A stretch of 61,325 nt of DNA, counting the filler, from Perkinsus olseni (lineage: Eukaryota), in assembly GCA_013115125.1 (NCBI GenBank). It is 7 parts of 7 records of this genome, joined end to end, with 100 filler letters (N's around TTAATTAATTAA, not from the genome) between each part and the next. Parts side by side here need not be neighbours in the genome. Positions count along the whole stretch, not along the records: positions 17,630 to 26,317 come from JABANN010000952.1; positions 26,418 to 35,088 come from JABANN010000954.1; positions 35,189 to 43,855 come from JABANN010000955.1; 4 more parts are not named here. One strand, 5' to 3'. The notes beneath the pieces are model-generated. The model was not told the origin of the DNA. It saw only the letters and a program-made list of their open reading frames with translations, and searched no databases. This document shows, piece by piece, positions 22,701-35,218 of this stretch; position 1 is the stretch's first letter, and each line of letters opens with the position of its first letter. Made by a program: the position numbers and the translations under genes.

Positions 22701-25700
22701 AACGCCGCAAGGCTCTTGGCTGTGCTGGTTGGCTTTGTGGAGGAAGGTAGGTGCCGTCCTAACTGTAACGAGATGTATATTCGGAGTGGAAGGATATACC
22801 CTACCCGGGGATCGAACCCGGAATCTCCACCTTAGGAGGGTGGCGCCTTATCCATTGGGCCAGCAGGGCGATGAAAAATCGTTCATACCTTCAAGATACT
22901 GATGGTCCATTTTTCAGGAGTCACCGAGTGGCTGAAGCAGATCATCGCTGCTGCTCAGAGGGTTTACCTCGGCCGCTCAGGCGATGATGAAACTCGGACG
23001 GAGACCACTGATGTGTGAGTGTCACCACGGGCTGCGCTGAGCAACTAGCCGAACCATCTGATCAGATTCGATCTTGTCATTACAATGATCGGCCGTTACC
23101 TAGACCCGCAGGCCTGGTGGGGTCTCTTGTAAGCCTTCTGTTAATTCTACCTACCACTACTCCAGCCCTCGTTCTGTCGATGCAGGTCAAGCGACTTGTC
23201 CTCGGAATCCCTCCTCGAGGACGAGTGGCGTATAACGTCCGCGAAGATACTGGGCCTGCTCCTCAAAGGGGCGTTGGAAGTGTATGATCAGCATTGTTTG
23301 CCGGAGGTGAAACTCAATCGATTCCCGTTCCCTCAGTGGGCGATGGCAGCTCGTCGTCTTGCAACTAGCTTCTTTCAGGCCCCATCAGAGTCGAGGTGCC
23401 ACTCTCTCTACGGGCTCATCATCAGCAGCCTCTACGCATCAGATCTGCTAGTTTCGAGGGGTAGGGTTCGTCGTTCGGCCATTCCAAGTTCGTGAGCTCC
23501 CGAGCCCATTGGCCGCTGTCGATGAGCCCATGGGCCGATTCTTGTACCTCGACAACGTAGTTGAGCTCAACAGAGAGATTCTGTAATCATCGGTAAAGTA
23601 GAGTGCCGTCACTTAGTTACAGCATCGCGAGAAGCATTCCAGTCCGTGCTGTTCACGCTCTCTTCGGCCAGCGACTTCGATCATTCCGGACCCCAACGAA
23701 AGAAAGTGATGACCGAAGCGGCAGACACTCTCCACGTGCTCCCCTATCTCAGTTCATAGCCTGCGAGCTGCTGCTCCATGACCCGCGGGACGGACGAATC
23801 CCCTCAGTCGCTGACTTGGTGGCTGCTGACGCGGATCCGCTGCGAGCCGCAAACCTCGTTAAGAAGGTGGTTCATGATAGCCTACCCAGCCCCGATAGAT
23901 GCCACACCGCAGATCATCGACGCCGACGAGCGTACTCCCGGGCAGACCGGGTCGTTGCTCAGAGGTGTGCAGAGCGAGGAGATTGACTCAGTCGTGGAAA
24001 TGATGCTCCATGAGGAGGCATTCCGTGAGCCGGTTGTGCCTCCGACTTCCCCGACTACTGCGTCAGGTGGCATCTCCGTTGTACTCGTCTTACGCTCGGT
24101 CGTAGCCAACCGTGCTTCGATCGAGATAGTCCACCGTCATTTGGAGGTGAGCATGGTACCCTATCCAGTGCATGGTACGAAGACCTCAGGCGATGGTGTC
24201 GGCGACCTCTACAGCCTCTGTATCAGCCCGGCAAGTAGCAGTGGCAGTTCTGACCAGAGACATCGCACTCGGGGTCTGCTCCAAAGAGGGGCCTCCTCAC
24301 GCCGCCTTCTATAAGGTGGTCATAGCCCGACTGGACCTTACCAGCCTTTTCGACCCTCCCTGTGCTCAGGCCCTCGTAGGGAATGCCGACACTAGGCCGA
24401 GGAGGCTGTTGGAGCTTCTCGCAGCGGCATACTCACTCGGGACTGCTGTCGCGTCTGCTGCAAGAATCGACACCGCCCTCCTCGGGTCCCTCATCACTGC
24501 GGTGGCTGACCACACCCTGGACAAACGGGTAACCTTCACACTGACCGGTGGTTTCGATCATTATTCGATTCCGCCGTAGTTACGCGACATCTGGGAACAG
24601 GAGACTCGGATTGCTGACCCGTCTTTTAGCCAACTCAAGTGGGCCGACACAGATTGGGTTGAAGTTCCTTCGTGCCGATCCTCTCAGAGTTATACGAGAA
24701 GCCGCCAGCAGAGTTGTCGAGGTAGTACGTCTACAAACGGTCCTGGCCGTGGCCATGGCTGTGAGGGCACAACCCACGGATAACAGGGATGACCTCGTCG
24801 GCCCTCTACTGGACGTGATGGCATCGACCATCGCTGCCGAACAACCGCAATGGAGGTCATCCTTCAGGTTATGGAATGCCCGACGGAGCAGCACGGCAAG
24901 ATAGCTAAGCCGCCCTCACCAGGGATGCTGATTTACGTCGCGCATACGGTTAACTGATGCCCTTCGGGGTTGCCGACGTTTCTCGACGCGTCATCAGGTC
25001 ACACGGCTCCTTGCTGCATCATCTTCTGTCGAGCTAGTACCCAAAGAATTGTAGGTCACGGTGTTCCTCCGTGCACGAGAGACACATCCCCTGCTGCCAG
25101 GTGCAGCGACGCCCCGAGGATGTGCTCGGTCGGCTTCGGCCAGCCAGTGCCGATGCCTCGACTGGCGGGTAGGGAAGAGTTCGCTGAGAGGATCATCAAA
25201 GCCTGTGTCGATGTACTCCGCAGCGACGCTCGGCCATCGGTTGCTACCATGCTTGCTAGACCCTTTGCTCGACCCTCAATCTGTCATTCCCGGTTGACCC
25301 GGGTCATCCGGAAACTCCAGTACCTCCGGATGTCGAGATCATGGACCTGACTCCCGCAAGGGTTGACGTAGAGCGTCGCCGGGGTGCACAGGTGCCGGGG
25401 ATCTGGCATGGTGAGTCAATGGCCAGCTCGCTAAGCTACTGAGTACACACCCTCAGCTCATGATCTCGCGCCCCTTGTGTCTCGTCCCGCCTGGGAATTC
25501 TTCGATGCCCAGTATGGAACGGAGGCGCGGAAAAAGATGGCGGGTAGGAGCATCGAGCTTGAAGAGAGGAAGCTTCTCAAGACGATGGTCGACTCAGATA
25601 ACTGCAGGCCTCCGTATGAGGCCGGGCTGAGATGGAATGCGGCTTTGGCTGTTGGACAACTCCTTAACAGCGTGGTGAAAGCTCATCCTCCTGCTGCAGC

Positions 25701-25824
25701 CAGGTCAGTACAGGAGTTTGCTGGATCCCCAAGTCGTGATAGTAGGTATGGTGCTGTGCTGGAGAAGCAAGGCCTGATGGCTAGAGTTGCCCTCCTGCGG
25801 GATCTACAGCGAAGGGTAAAGTGA
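19768..25824 (+). CDS. DNAAF5: Large multi-exon HEAT-repeat protein resembling dynein axonemal assembly factor 5 (DNAAF5/HEATR2); the 3' half could be a separate gene
   Basis: Spliced segments EVCEEAREEIAEL, VRIAGLRAVTAC, VRRFFYQTLGHWLLNLED, LTGLFDD and PRPRLGARCWVRISARRFILATLNQVTDFKE match, in order, motifs recalled from DNAAF5/HEATR2; many ~45-nt introns. Confidence 0.65.
22797..22869 (-). tRNA. tRNA-Arg(CCT), antisense within an intron of the HEAT-repeat gene
   Basis: GCCCTGC-TG-GCCCAATGGATAAGGC-G-CCACC-CTCCTAA-GGTGG-AGATT-CCGGG-TTCGATC-CCCGG-GTAGGGT-A; complete 73-nt cloverleaf. Confidence 0.97.
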
Positions 25825-27187
25825 CAAGGGAATTTCGTCATGTTATGTTATATCCATTGTTCTACTGGTCATGTTATCGCCAAATCCAACTGTTGAGCAA
25901 GTGCGAGGCGACACGAACTTCGACAACGTTACCCGCTTACGCTAACGAGGAACCGAATTAAGGTGTGGAAAGTCCCGAGCCTCTGCACTGCAGAGTCTGC
26001 GGAAATCCCCACTCTTCGGTTACCCTTTCCCGCAGAACGCTAACCCCAAGCTCGTTTATAAGCACTTCGTGATATGACTCTGCATGCCCCACCAGCTGTT
26101 CATCTGCGGCTGCCACTACACCATTTACTAAGTAGGTCTGGAAATGGTGTAGTGATAGCAACCTATACAGCCTCGGAGGCATCGCCTAGTTTTGCTCTGA
26201 TGTCTGACCTGGCACTCGTCCAACTCGGTACCAAAATAAGGTGGCCTACAGTGTGTGCCATTTTGATATGCAAATCGCTAAAATTGAGATAACTCTGTTG
26301 GTACGAAGCTTTGACATNNNNNNNNNNNNNNNNNNNNNNNNNNNNNNNNNNNNNNNNNNNNTTAATTAATTAANNNNNNNNNNNNNNNNNNNNNNNNNNN
26401 NNNNNNNNNNNNNNNNNCGAGACCAGTTACTACAATTTACCGTCCAAGGCATTCTGTTCCGAATGACTGCTGCTGAATCGTCACAAGATTGCCCCCCCCC
26501 CCCCCCCCCCCCCGACAAGTTGGGAGTGTCACTCCCAACTTCTGCCTCATGGGAATTTCGGGGGTCGTGAGAGAGTGCGGCGCGCGCCCCTGGGCACGAA
26601 ACGGTTGCCCAGGGCGCCATAGGGATGACCTGACCAGTGCTGAGTCATCCGTTCGAGCTCTCGTCGAAGAAATTCTTCTTTAAGTTGATCGGGAGACATT
26701 ACCTTCCGAGGGGGGCCCCTTTTGCGGCGTTGGGCCTCTCAAAGGAGGTAATGTGACTATCGGCTGGAAACCAGTCAGTGTTGAGCCTGTCCAAGCTCTC
26801 GGGCCGGGTTTTCGACCTGTTAGTCCTCACCCCATGCTCCCGATCGACTGAGTTATTAATCCAACGACTCCGGAAGTGACTCCTGACGTGTGCAAGTTGC
26901 AGGCCCTGCAACGCTAGTTATGCAGAACACGCTGCTTTGCGCTAAACGCTTCAGTCGTTCACTACTTACCATACCTTGAGCTCGTCTCATCAAAATTGTC
27001 CGAATTTTCTTAGATAAGGGTTGGACTAGGGGCTCTATTCGTCAATATCTACATTCTCGACGACGAGTCGATTCGGAGGTGGCATGGTTGGAGGCGGCTC
27101 TCCTTCACCCTGCAGTCCCTTTTATTCAATATCGGTCTCATCGAATCAAATAAATTCTTATAAAATTTGTCTCTAGGTGAATACTTA

Positions 27188-28702
27188 CAGTACGCGCAAT
27201 CTAAAGAGACAGTTTCGTGTCACCGGCACAACTTCTTCCCTAGAGCTCATATGGACCTGAAATTTTGGCTATGAGCTCTCCTAACATTGTTATATAGTTT
27301 AAACATGTCACCGATCGAATCATCGAACAAAAAAATTTTGGTGTATTTTCCACCCCGGGGCGCTCATGGTCAATCGTTAAAATGTGACATAGCCCATCTT
27401 GCATCGTCCTGATATCGCCCTTTCGACCACAGCCCGCCATCAAGGACGTCAGAGCTTTCGAGGAATCGTCTATCTGGTGGGCCACGAGTCTACTCCTAGC
27501 ACCAGCGGAGGGAGGATACCAGATGCTGCACTCAGCGCTGCCGATAACAGCTCGCATGGCTTTTCTGCATGTTGCCCGAGCAGCATCACTCCAGGAGGCT
27601 CGGACAGCCATCCTATGAGTTGGATTCCAACTCATAGTGACCACGAGTGAGCAGCCACCACGTAATGAGCCAGTTGAGCGGCTCTGCTTGAGCTCAGGGC
27701 CTGAGCCTCAGGCAGCCCCCGCTACATGAATGGATTGGATCTCTCTTGACCTGCAACGCACGCTAGCTTAGCAGTGAATAGAGTAGCCAGTACGTGACGA
27801 ATGGCCCTGACGGCTAGTTATCAACAACAGTTTCCTCCGATTGAACCATTATGCACGCCAGGGTTAAAAACCGTAGCACTGCACAGGTCACTCACAGGGT
27901 CCAAAGTGGGACGACAGATAGGAGCAAATAGGTCCAATACTCCTGGAGTCAAGAAGGCGGAGTCTCTCTTCGAACAGCATTCAGAGAGACTTGCAGTGAA
28001 GCTCTATCCTTGGACTGCCCCAGCCTCCAGCGCGGCGGGAGCCATAACAACTGTATTGAAGCCGCAATCATAGTTCGCGCTTCTCGAATGAGGAGTAACT
28101 AGCTCAGGAGTCTTCGCGTGGATATAGCCAGTCGTCGACTGACCGTTGAGGCGAAGAAGGCTGTCTATCCTGCGAGGCATCGTCGGCGACTAGCCGTTGA
28201 CGACCAGTGCACATAGAGGGTACACAGGAGTGGCAGCAGTGACTCACTGATGGAATGCACGGAAGATTCGCGGCTGACAGGACTTGAGGCTAGATGGATG
28301 ACCCTCTTGCGACCGACTTGGGTTTGGTCCATCACCATGATTTGACGGTGCTGTACAGGATGGGAGGACGCTGCGGCTTCTAATTGCCGGAATATATTCC
28401 TGCTGATTTCCTTGAAATCAGACGGGTCATTACTAATCACTAGTTAGGCCAGTTCGCGATCAAATAGAGAAAATACAACGCCCTAATTATTAGTGTCTAA
28501 TAAGACTCCAATGTGCAGCTGTGCCGGCGCCCCGGGGTGGAAAATACACCAAAATTTTTTCGTCCGATGATTCGATCGGTGACAAGTTTAAACGATATAA
28601 CAATGCTAGGAGAGCTCATAGCCAAAATTTCAGGCCCATATGAGCTCTAGGGAAGAAGTTGTGCCGGTGACACGAAACTGTCTCTTTAGATTGCGCGTAC
28701 TG
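27188..28702. mobile_element. Non-autonomous Tc1/mariner (pogo-like) DNA transposon, 1515 bp
   Basis: 176-bp TIRs (27188-27363 / 28527-28702; 6 mismatches) beginning CAGTAC, with TA on both sides (27186-27187, 28703-28704). Confidence 0.88.
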
Positions 28703-29863
28703 TAGATTGCGGTCAAATTGTTGGGCTCGTTTACTCGGGGCCTCCCGGCCGCTGCGACAATGGAGAAGCCGTTGCGTGGTGTGCGCGCAGGTTGTTAGGG
28801 TTCCGTCCATACTAGCTGCTAGTACTAGCAACGCGACAGGGGCGCAAATGTAGGTGTGCTGCTCTTAGAATCTGCTTATAGGCTATAATGCAGGGTATCG
28901 ATCACGCTATGGGCGCCGGCGCAATATAGAGACAACGGAGCGGAGATGGGGAGATTCCTTACACTAGTTGAGCTGCGGATAGGTGGCTGTGGACAGCGCC
29001 GCTGTCACATTGTGACAATACGGTGAGACTATCACTAATAGACTATTACTTGTAGACTATTAATAGTCTATAAATAATATCAGGAGACTGACGTACTAAT
29101 GCATCAAGTGCGATGTGACAGTGACATTGCCGGAGGGGTTTTAAGAAAAATTTTCTTAGAAAATTAAGGGGAAAATTCGGAAGCGACATTTTTCCCTTAT
29201 CACCGGAAACGGAAATTTCAGGAAATTTCCTCTCAGGACTGGCTGAAATTTCCGACGGCTCGGAAATTTCCTGAATGTGTACACCCTGTGTCACAGCGAT
29301 CCCTGGTGGGTTATGCTGGCTATTATCCAAGTATGAAAAATCCTTCTTTGCACAGTTACTCGAGGTTCACCTATTCTACTGCCGGAACTGCTGGCGGTTG
29401 AGGCAGAAGGCGCTCATCATTAGGAGGCAGAAGTCGACTTTGAGAGTGGACCCAGGGAGAGTTGACTAAGTCAACTCGAAGGACCACTTGACAAACTCAA
29501 CACCACAGCGTTTAATGGACGAGAAAGTAGAACCGCTCAAACTGGGTGAATCGAGTGATTCGATCGAGCGGCGCTCGACGAGCGCGGTCAATCAGGCCGA
29601 GCGTGAGAAATACTATTTACTAATACTATTTCTGAAATAGCTGTATCTAAATTATTACTAGGACAAAAATTGAGAGCCCTGTTACATTGTGACGGTCATC
29701 GTACTGAATGTGGACAATTAAGTAATGTTACACACTACAGACCCGATTCTGGTCTGATGAGGGTCTGAACTTCGGGTAATCCGAGTAGAAAAATGCGATA
29801 TTTCCGAGTAGGGCCATATAGAAGCTCGGCTCTGCGGCGAAACGTCCGCCTCGGGATAACTCC

Positions 29864-31414
29864 TTAGCCTTCCAAACGTCCTTCGCTTTTCTCTGTCTCG
29901 ATATCGCCATCCTTTTGAGATGCGATCTCCAGTTCCTTGTTGGCTTCAGCGACTCGCTTGAAGTACGGGATGAGAGCTAGGCACCCGATCGCTCCGATAC
30001 AACACAGTCCGATGAGGACCGAATAGAAGTACTCATAGTAGGCTTCTTTATGGGATGCCACAGTTGGCTTATTTGGGTCGAAATTCGGTAGCCACGGAGC
30101 ACACAACTGGAAGATCACTCCAGCCAGCGCGAACCCGACGGAGAGAAATAAGAGGTTCCCCGCCGATGCGACTGCCTTCAATGAGCTCGGGGATAGGGTG
30201 AAGGCAATTTCATATGACGTTGAAAAGAGAAAGATCTCGCCAGCTGCTACGATCCAGAATTGGGGGACTTGCCACCATATTGACACGGTGAAAAGTGGCC
30301 TGGACTTGATCTGCAGCTCCACTATGGCGGCGCATACCAAAGAAATTATTGCAAGAAAATTTCCAATGAAGAACCTTACAAGAACCGACAGTACTATGCC
30401 GCGCCTCTTCAGCATCGGGTAGAGGACGGAGTTGAGTAGTAAGGCGTTGATCAAGACGGCTATAAGATCAACGTTCTGCATGAGCGCTGCCGGGATCTGC
30501 CAGTCAAACATTCGCCTGTCCATTTTCTGGGCTTGTGTGAGGTAGGATGTACCGAGGTTAACGTAGGCAATAGCGAAAGGAATAGTGAGCGAGAACAGCG
30601 GGACTAAACGAAGAAGTGCTTTAACGTCCTCTATGAAGCCATCCTCAAAGTGACCTCCTCGAGATTTCTTATTCTTCTCCAGAGAACATTTCCCGATGGC
30701 ATTTACCATCACTCGCGAAATTTCGAGGACCGCAGAGCCTTGGGGCTTGGGCTTGACATATCGGCCGAGAAGACCACCAAGCACGAACACGGCAGTTGCT
30801 ACAACGAAGGCTGTTAAGGGAATGGCAAAAGCAATAGTGAAGTTGGCCTCTTGAACAGCAATCGGAGCGACAATACAACCAACCAAGAAGCCGATGTTGA
30901 GCATAGCGTAATAGTAGTTGTAATAAGAAATGATGTCATCCTTGTGATAAACGGGATGGAATTGATGTGCACCCATTAAGTTCACACAGGTTTTGAGACC
31001 GCCTCCGCCGATGGTGATGAGAACGAGCAGGGACAAATGGATCATCCATGGTTGACTGATGCTCTTGATAGTAGAAAAGAAAAGTAGGATAAGCCCTAGC
31101 ATATAAATTCCAGAGAACGATAAAATCGTCGCATAAACCCCCAAAAAAGTATCGGACAGCACCGCTGCAAACACTGGCGTAATACCCAATATCGCTGTGA
31201 ATGATGCAATATACGAATTGGCCTGAACGTCCGTGTAGTTTAAGTACTCCTTGAAAAAGGTCTGAGCGTTTGGCGAAATCGCGGCTAAAGACAGGCGCTC
31301 ACAGATCTCCTGCAATAGAATGAAGGTAACGGCTCTCAGCAGAGGCTTCTGATAGTAGTGGTAGACGTTCCCGCAGGAGTCGGTCCAGGAGAGAAACTCC
31401 CGCTCGGCAGACAT
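29864..31414 (-). CDS. POT/PTR (SLC15) family oligopeptide transporter, intronless
   Basis: EICER (ExxER) motif in TM1, AAVLSDTFLG, GGGGLKTCV..MGAHQF, NIGFLVG, WWQVPQFWIVAAGEIF and YEIAFTLSPSSLKA; many TM segments; probable start MSAEREF at 31414. Confidence 0.93.
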   Translation of the reverse strand: MSAEREFLSWTDSCGNVYHYYQKPLLRAVTFILLQEICERLSLAAISPNAQTFFKEYLNYTDVQANSYIASFTAILGITPVFAAVLSDTFLGVYATILSFSGIYMLGLILLFFSTIKSISQPWMIHLSLLVLITIGGGGLKTCVNLMGAHQFHPVYHKDDIISYYNYYYAMLNIGFLVGCIVAPIAVQEANFTIAFAIPLTAFVVATAVFVLGGLLGRYVKPKPQGSAVLEISRVMVNAIGKCSLEKNKKSRGGHFEDGFIEDVKALLRLVPLFSLTIPFAIAYVNLGTSYLTQAQKMDRRMFDWQIPAALMQNVDLIAVLINALLLNSVLYPMLKRRGIVLSVLVRFFIGNFLAIISLVCAAIVELQIKSRPLFTVSIWWQVPQFWIVAAGEIFLFSTSYEIAFTLSPSSLKAVASAGNLLFLSVGFALAGVIFQLCAPWLPNFDPNKPTVASHKEAYYEYFYSVLIGLCCIGAIGCLALIPYFKRVAEANKELEIASQKDGDIETEKSEGRLEG

Positions 31415-32204
31415 GGTGTGTTTAACGAGGAGAGAATCTGAAGGTTTTACCCCAATCATTGGGGCCCAATGAGATACCTCGATACTGCTGTTGGTTACCG
31501 GAACGCAACTGTCTACCGTATACACTCATCATCGATGTTGATGACACAAACGCCTGATAATGTAACGCTATGAGAATAATTTCTGACGCCCTGTGGTAGC
31601 AGGTCTATCTTGGAACGCTATGAGAGTGTGCCAAGTGCGGTCGCCAAAAAGCTTCACCTCAGCCGCACGTCCATTGATGGTTGTCGGACTAACGAACGAG
31701 CACGCAATAATGCGAACACAAAAACGTAAGCGCCGCTAGCTCAGTATGGCCTCTTCACTCGTTGTAGCCATTAGTGCTGAGGGAATGCTCCCCTTGATAG
31801 TAGAATGTTTAATATCATCAGTCACGGTGGAAAGCTTGGACATCAGTCTCGCAGGTGAATCATTCACTGCCAGCATTCACCGTGGATAGTGCTCAGTAAG
31901 CATACTGTTACAGTATTACTGTATGCTTAGCGGCAGATATGCGTTTGCGTTCTGGATTCCGGCCCGGAATTTCCGGGGGGGGCTGTGCATACGTGTAGTT
32001 CCAGAATCTGGGAATACACGTATGCACAACCTTCTGTGTCACATGGGCTGTATTGGTCTGCAGCCTGGATGCAGAGGGTTATCGTACGAATCTTTCGCAC
32101 TGGCTTAGATCTTAAGCGTTTCATTGAGTCATCGTATTCTGAATTGGGCAGTTGTGACTCTACTCTATCTCACTTGACTCAGCCTTGACATCGCAGTCTT
32201 CCCA

Positions 32205-32335
32205 TTATCCCCTCATTCGTCACCATAGTGTCCCCTCATCCGTCACCGTAGTGTCCCCTCCTCCGTCACTGAATTGTCTTCTCATCCGTCGCGGAACTGT
32301 CCCCTCAACCACGACGGTCACTCTCACTGTCCCAC
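32205..32335 (+). repeat. Degenerate ~23-bp minisatellite (~5 copies)
   Basis: Recurrent CGTCACCGTAGTGTCCCCTCATC-like unit. Confidence 0.6.
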
Positions 32336-33539
32336 CACCCGAAAGTGTCATGTGCCATCTACAGCGAGATCCACTTGCGTTCTAAGTCCATCTCCAGTGG
32401 AGATTCTCCACTTAGTGGAGTCTAGTCTAGGCGAGAGCATTCTGTGCACTCCAACAACTGGGCTCGTGCTAATCAGACGGATTTGAGTTCATCCGCTAGC
32501 CCGGCTAGCCCAGCCGTGAGGAGATGGACGTTGCTCTCGCTGTATCGGTTCGTATTCCCGCAATCACCACCTTAGACCAGCTTGCCAAAACCGAGGAAGA
32601 CCACGGACTCAGTTTCCTACGATTTCATTGCCATGCACGCATGCGAATGAAACTGATCGGCGGTTAACATCGTTAGCTGCCGTTGCGTTGTGATTCACAG
32701 CCTGTGAATATCAGATTCAGAATCTGGATTCGCCCGTTGCTACGGGGCCAACGGCGGTACAGGCTTCTTTACATATTCGCCGACCAGTCACGCGTTAAGA
32801 GGTCTTCCATCGATGCCAATTTTCGGGCGCCCTTCGTAGTTTTCGAGTGTTCACAAGCCTCACACCCGATGAGCTTTCACGAGAAATGTTTGAGAGAGTT
32901 CCTCTGAAAATCATAGCTCAACGCGCATACAGCTACTAACTTCCATCACAATGCGGGCCATCCTGCCGCATTACTCGGCGTAACTCGGCTGGGAGGAGTC
33001 CTGCCATCCTGCTCTACCGCAGGGCAGGTGCAAGTTCAGAAATAATCCCGAATAATCGAGCGCCGCGGTTTACCGTCATGCTAGCGCATTTTCAAGAAGT
33101 TGCACTCCCGGTCGAGCCGTCTTTTTTCAAACGCCATCGGCTCCCACATTTGAAGGTCTCGGCCAGTTCAACCACGATCAGCAACCGAAATATGACCCAA
33201 TGTCGACCACAAGAGGCACCTGCTGAGCGAGGAGATGGGATTGACAACTCAGAAGGTCAAAACGAGGCCCCTTGAACACACATCGACTGCCCTGCTCAGC
33301 AATTGGGCTCATGCAGGAGAAAGTTAAGTATACATACTGAGTAAGCTGCTCACTGTAAGCATGTGAAATTGCTGCATCACCACCAACTCAAACAGCCAAG
33401 ATACATAGAGCAAGATGAGTCGCTCTCAGACGAGCCACAGAGATCATTGATGAATTACCTTTCATCTGTAATGGGTGTAAACCTGACTAAGCAATCCATT
33501 TTTCATCGATGAACCTTCAATATTTCATCTCGACTGTTC

Positions 33540-34741
33540 TTAAGCTGGTTGATCCAGTAATTCATCGGGTAGCTGCCTCACCCAATCTAAAATGTACTCA
33601 ACCTGGTCGACTTTTGATTGACTCGCACTGTCAGTGGACGCTCCCCTGGTGGCTGTTGACTGGTCCCCTTCGTCCTCCGATTTGGAAAATCTCAAATTGA
33701 TCGGTTTTCTCTGGGACACCTCGAGCTCGCTAGCAAGGCCACTTTGTTTCGCGTCTGCGCTAGAACGGTCAGCGCTCAACGCTGTGATCAACCTGCTGCC
33801 ACTCGCCGGATGGTCGCCCACCCCCTCAGCGCCTCTCACGGTCATTCTTCCGAAGGCCTGCTTTTTCGCGGCAGTACTGTCACCTATGCCAGAGCTTGAT
33901 CCATGACGTTTGACAGCTGAGATGGTGCCTTCCGGCAACCTTGGAATATCAGAGGCTTTCTCAGGATTAGGCTGGCCCGGCTTCAATGGGATGAAGAACG
34001 TATCGAGGGCCAAGTATATCCGAGACTCTAGCGTTCGACAGATACCCACATCTTTCGGGGCCAAATAGCGCAAAAAATGCCCTTGTGGCATTCCCCCGTA
34101 ACCAGAAAATAATCGGCGTTGCTCCATGTTCTTCTCTTCATCTTTTACCCCAAAAATCTTCCTGCCTTTCCGAGCTCCACCACCACATGATCGATAAACG
34201 CGTCGGGTATCCGCCCATCGTTAACGTATAATCCAGGGGGCGGCCATTCGAGAGGCTTTTCCAAGATATAACTGGGATCGTTCGATAACTTCTTCAAGGG
34301 TAATGTATATTTTCCGACCTCCAGTGTGACAACTCCATTCGAAATACAGGGCAGCACAGTGCTTAGACGGAAATCCATCGGTTGTCCGTAATTTGCCGTG
34401 AGAAGTTTCGCTCTACTGAAGAAATAGCTCGCCTTGTTGTCATCGTCGAAGAGAAGGTAACACGAGGACCCTCTAGATTTGTACGACTGCATCTCTAGCG
34501 GTCCTGTCTCGAACGTGGAAGAAAGTTGGTATCCAATCATCCGGGGGTGGAGTGATAGGGCGCACCGTCCTTTCTCGAAGATCCTCAATACTATGCTCTC
34601 GAATGACGATACTGGACGAACGGTTTGATACACCCCGGGAGGAATAGAACTCGAGGGCGCTGCTCGACGAGACCAAACTGTGATGATGTGCAGTTCCAGA
34701 ATGCCCATCCACGGTAGGAGCATGAAATTGCGGAGCCTCAT
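33540..34741 (-). CDS. Probably secreted orphan protein split over two frames (34145-34741 and 33540-34127)
   Basis: Hydrophobic N-terminus; repeated PPGVY / PPGLY / LPEGT motifs and 'tLPLK / fIPLK' domain ends in the two ORFs; the second frame is open across the first stop. Confidence 0.6.
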
Positions 34742-35218
34742 CGGAATCTGGGAAGGGTAACTATCTCAAATCACTAGGAAACAGGTGCACATATATAGTC
34801 TCTCTAAAACCTGCATGGAAGGAGACTGCCTCCAGGGGTGCCGTCATTCCAGTCTCGGGCGCAGCGCGCGTGAAGCTTGTCAATTTGCGCGCTTGGCGAA
34901 TCGCGGGGGCAGCCCTCGCCACTCATTTTAGGAAAGACCTTCTCCTGTTCGTCGTAGCTGCACACTATGTACTAATGTCGGTTTGATTCTTATCCTTCCC
35001 TTGTTCAACACCAAGTGTAGGATGAGTACACAATATGAGATCTAAGCTGTCCCCATTGTGATGTTCGTATCATAGCTAAGCTAAGTACNNNNNNNNNNNN
35101 NNNNNNNNNNNNNNNNNNNNNNNNNNNNNNNNTTAATTAATTAANNNNNNNNNNNNNNNNNNNNNNNNNNNNNNNNNNNNNNNNNNNNTGACACTCGCTA
35201 AATTGCTATCAAAATGGT

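Noticed and set aside
26965..26990. GCTCAAG|GTATGG on the minus strand as an SL RNA gene
   Set aside because: Only 7 nt match the leader; it looks like an ordinary exon/intron donor.
29002..29696. AT-rich segment bounded by degenerate CTGTCACATTGTGACA-like ends with internal GGAAATTTCC repeats
   Set aside because: Possibly an old MITE, but the ends are self-palindromic and mismatched and no TSD is visible; too weak to call.
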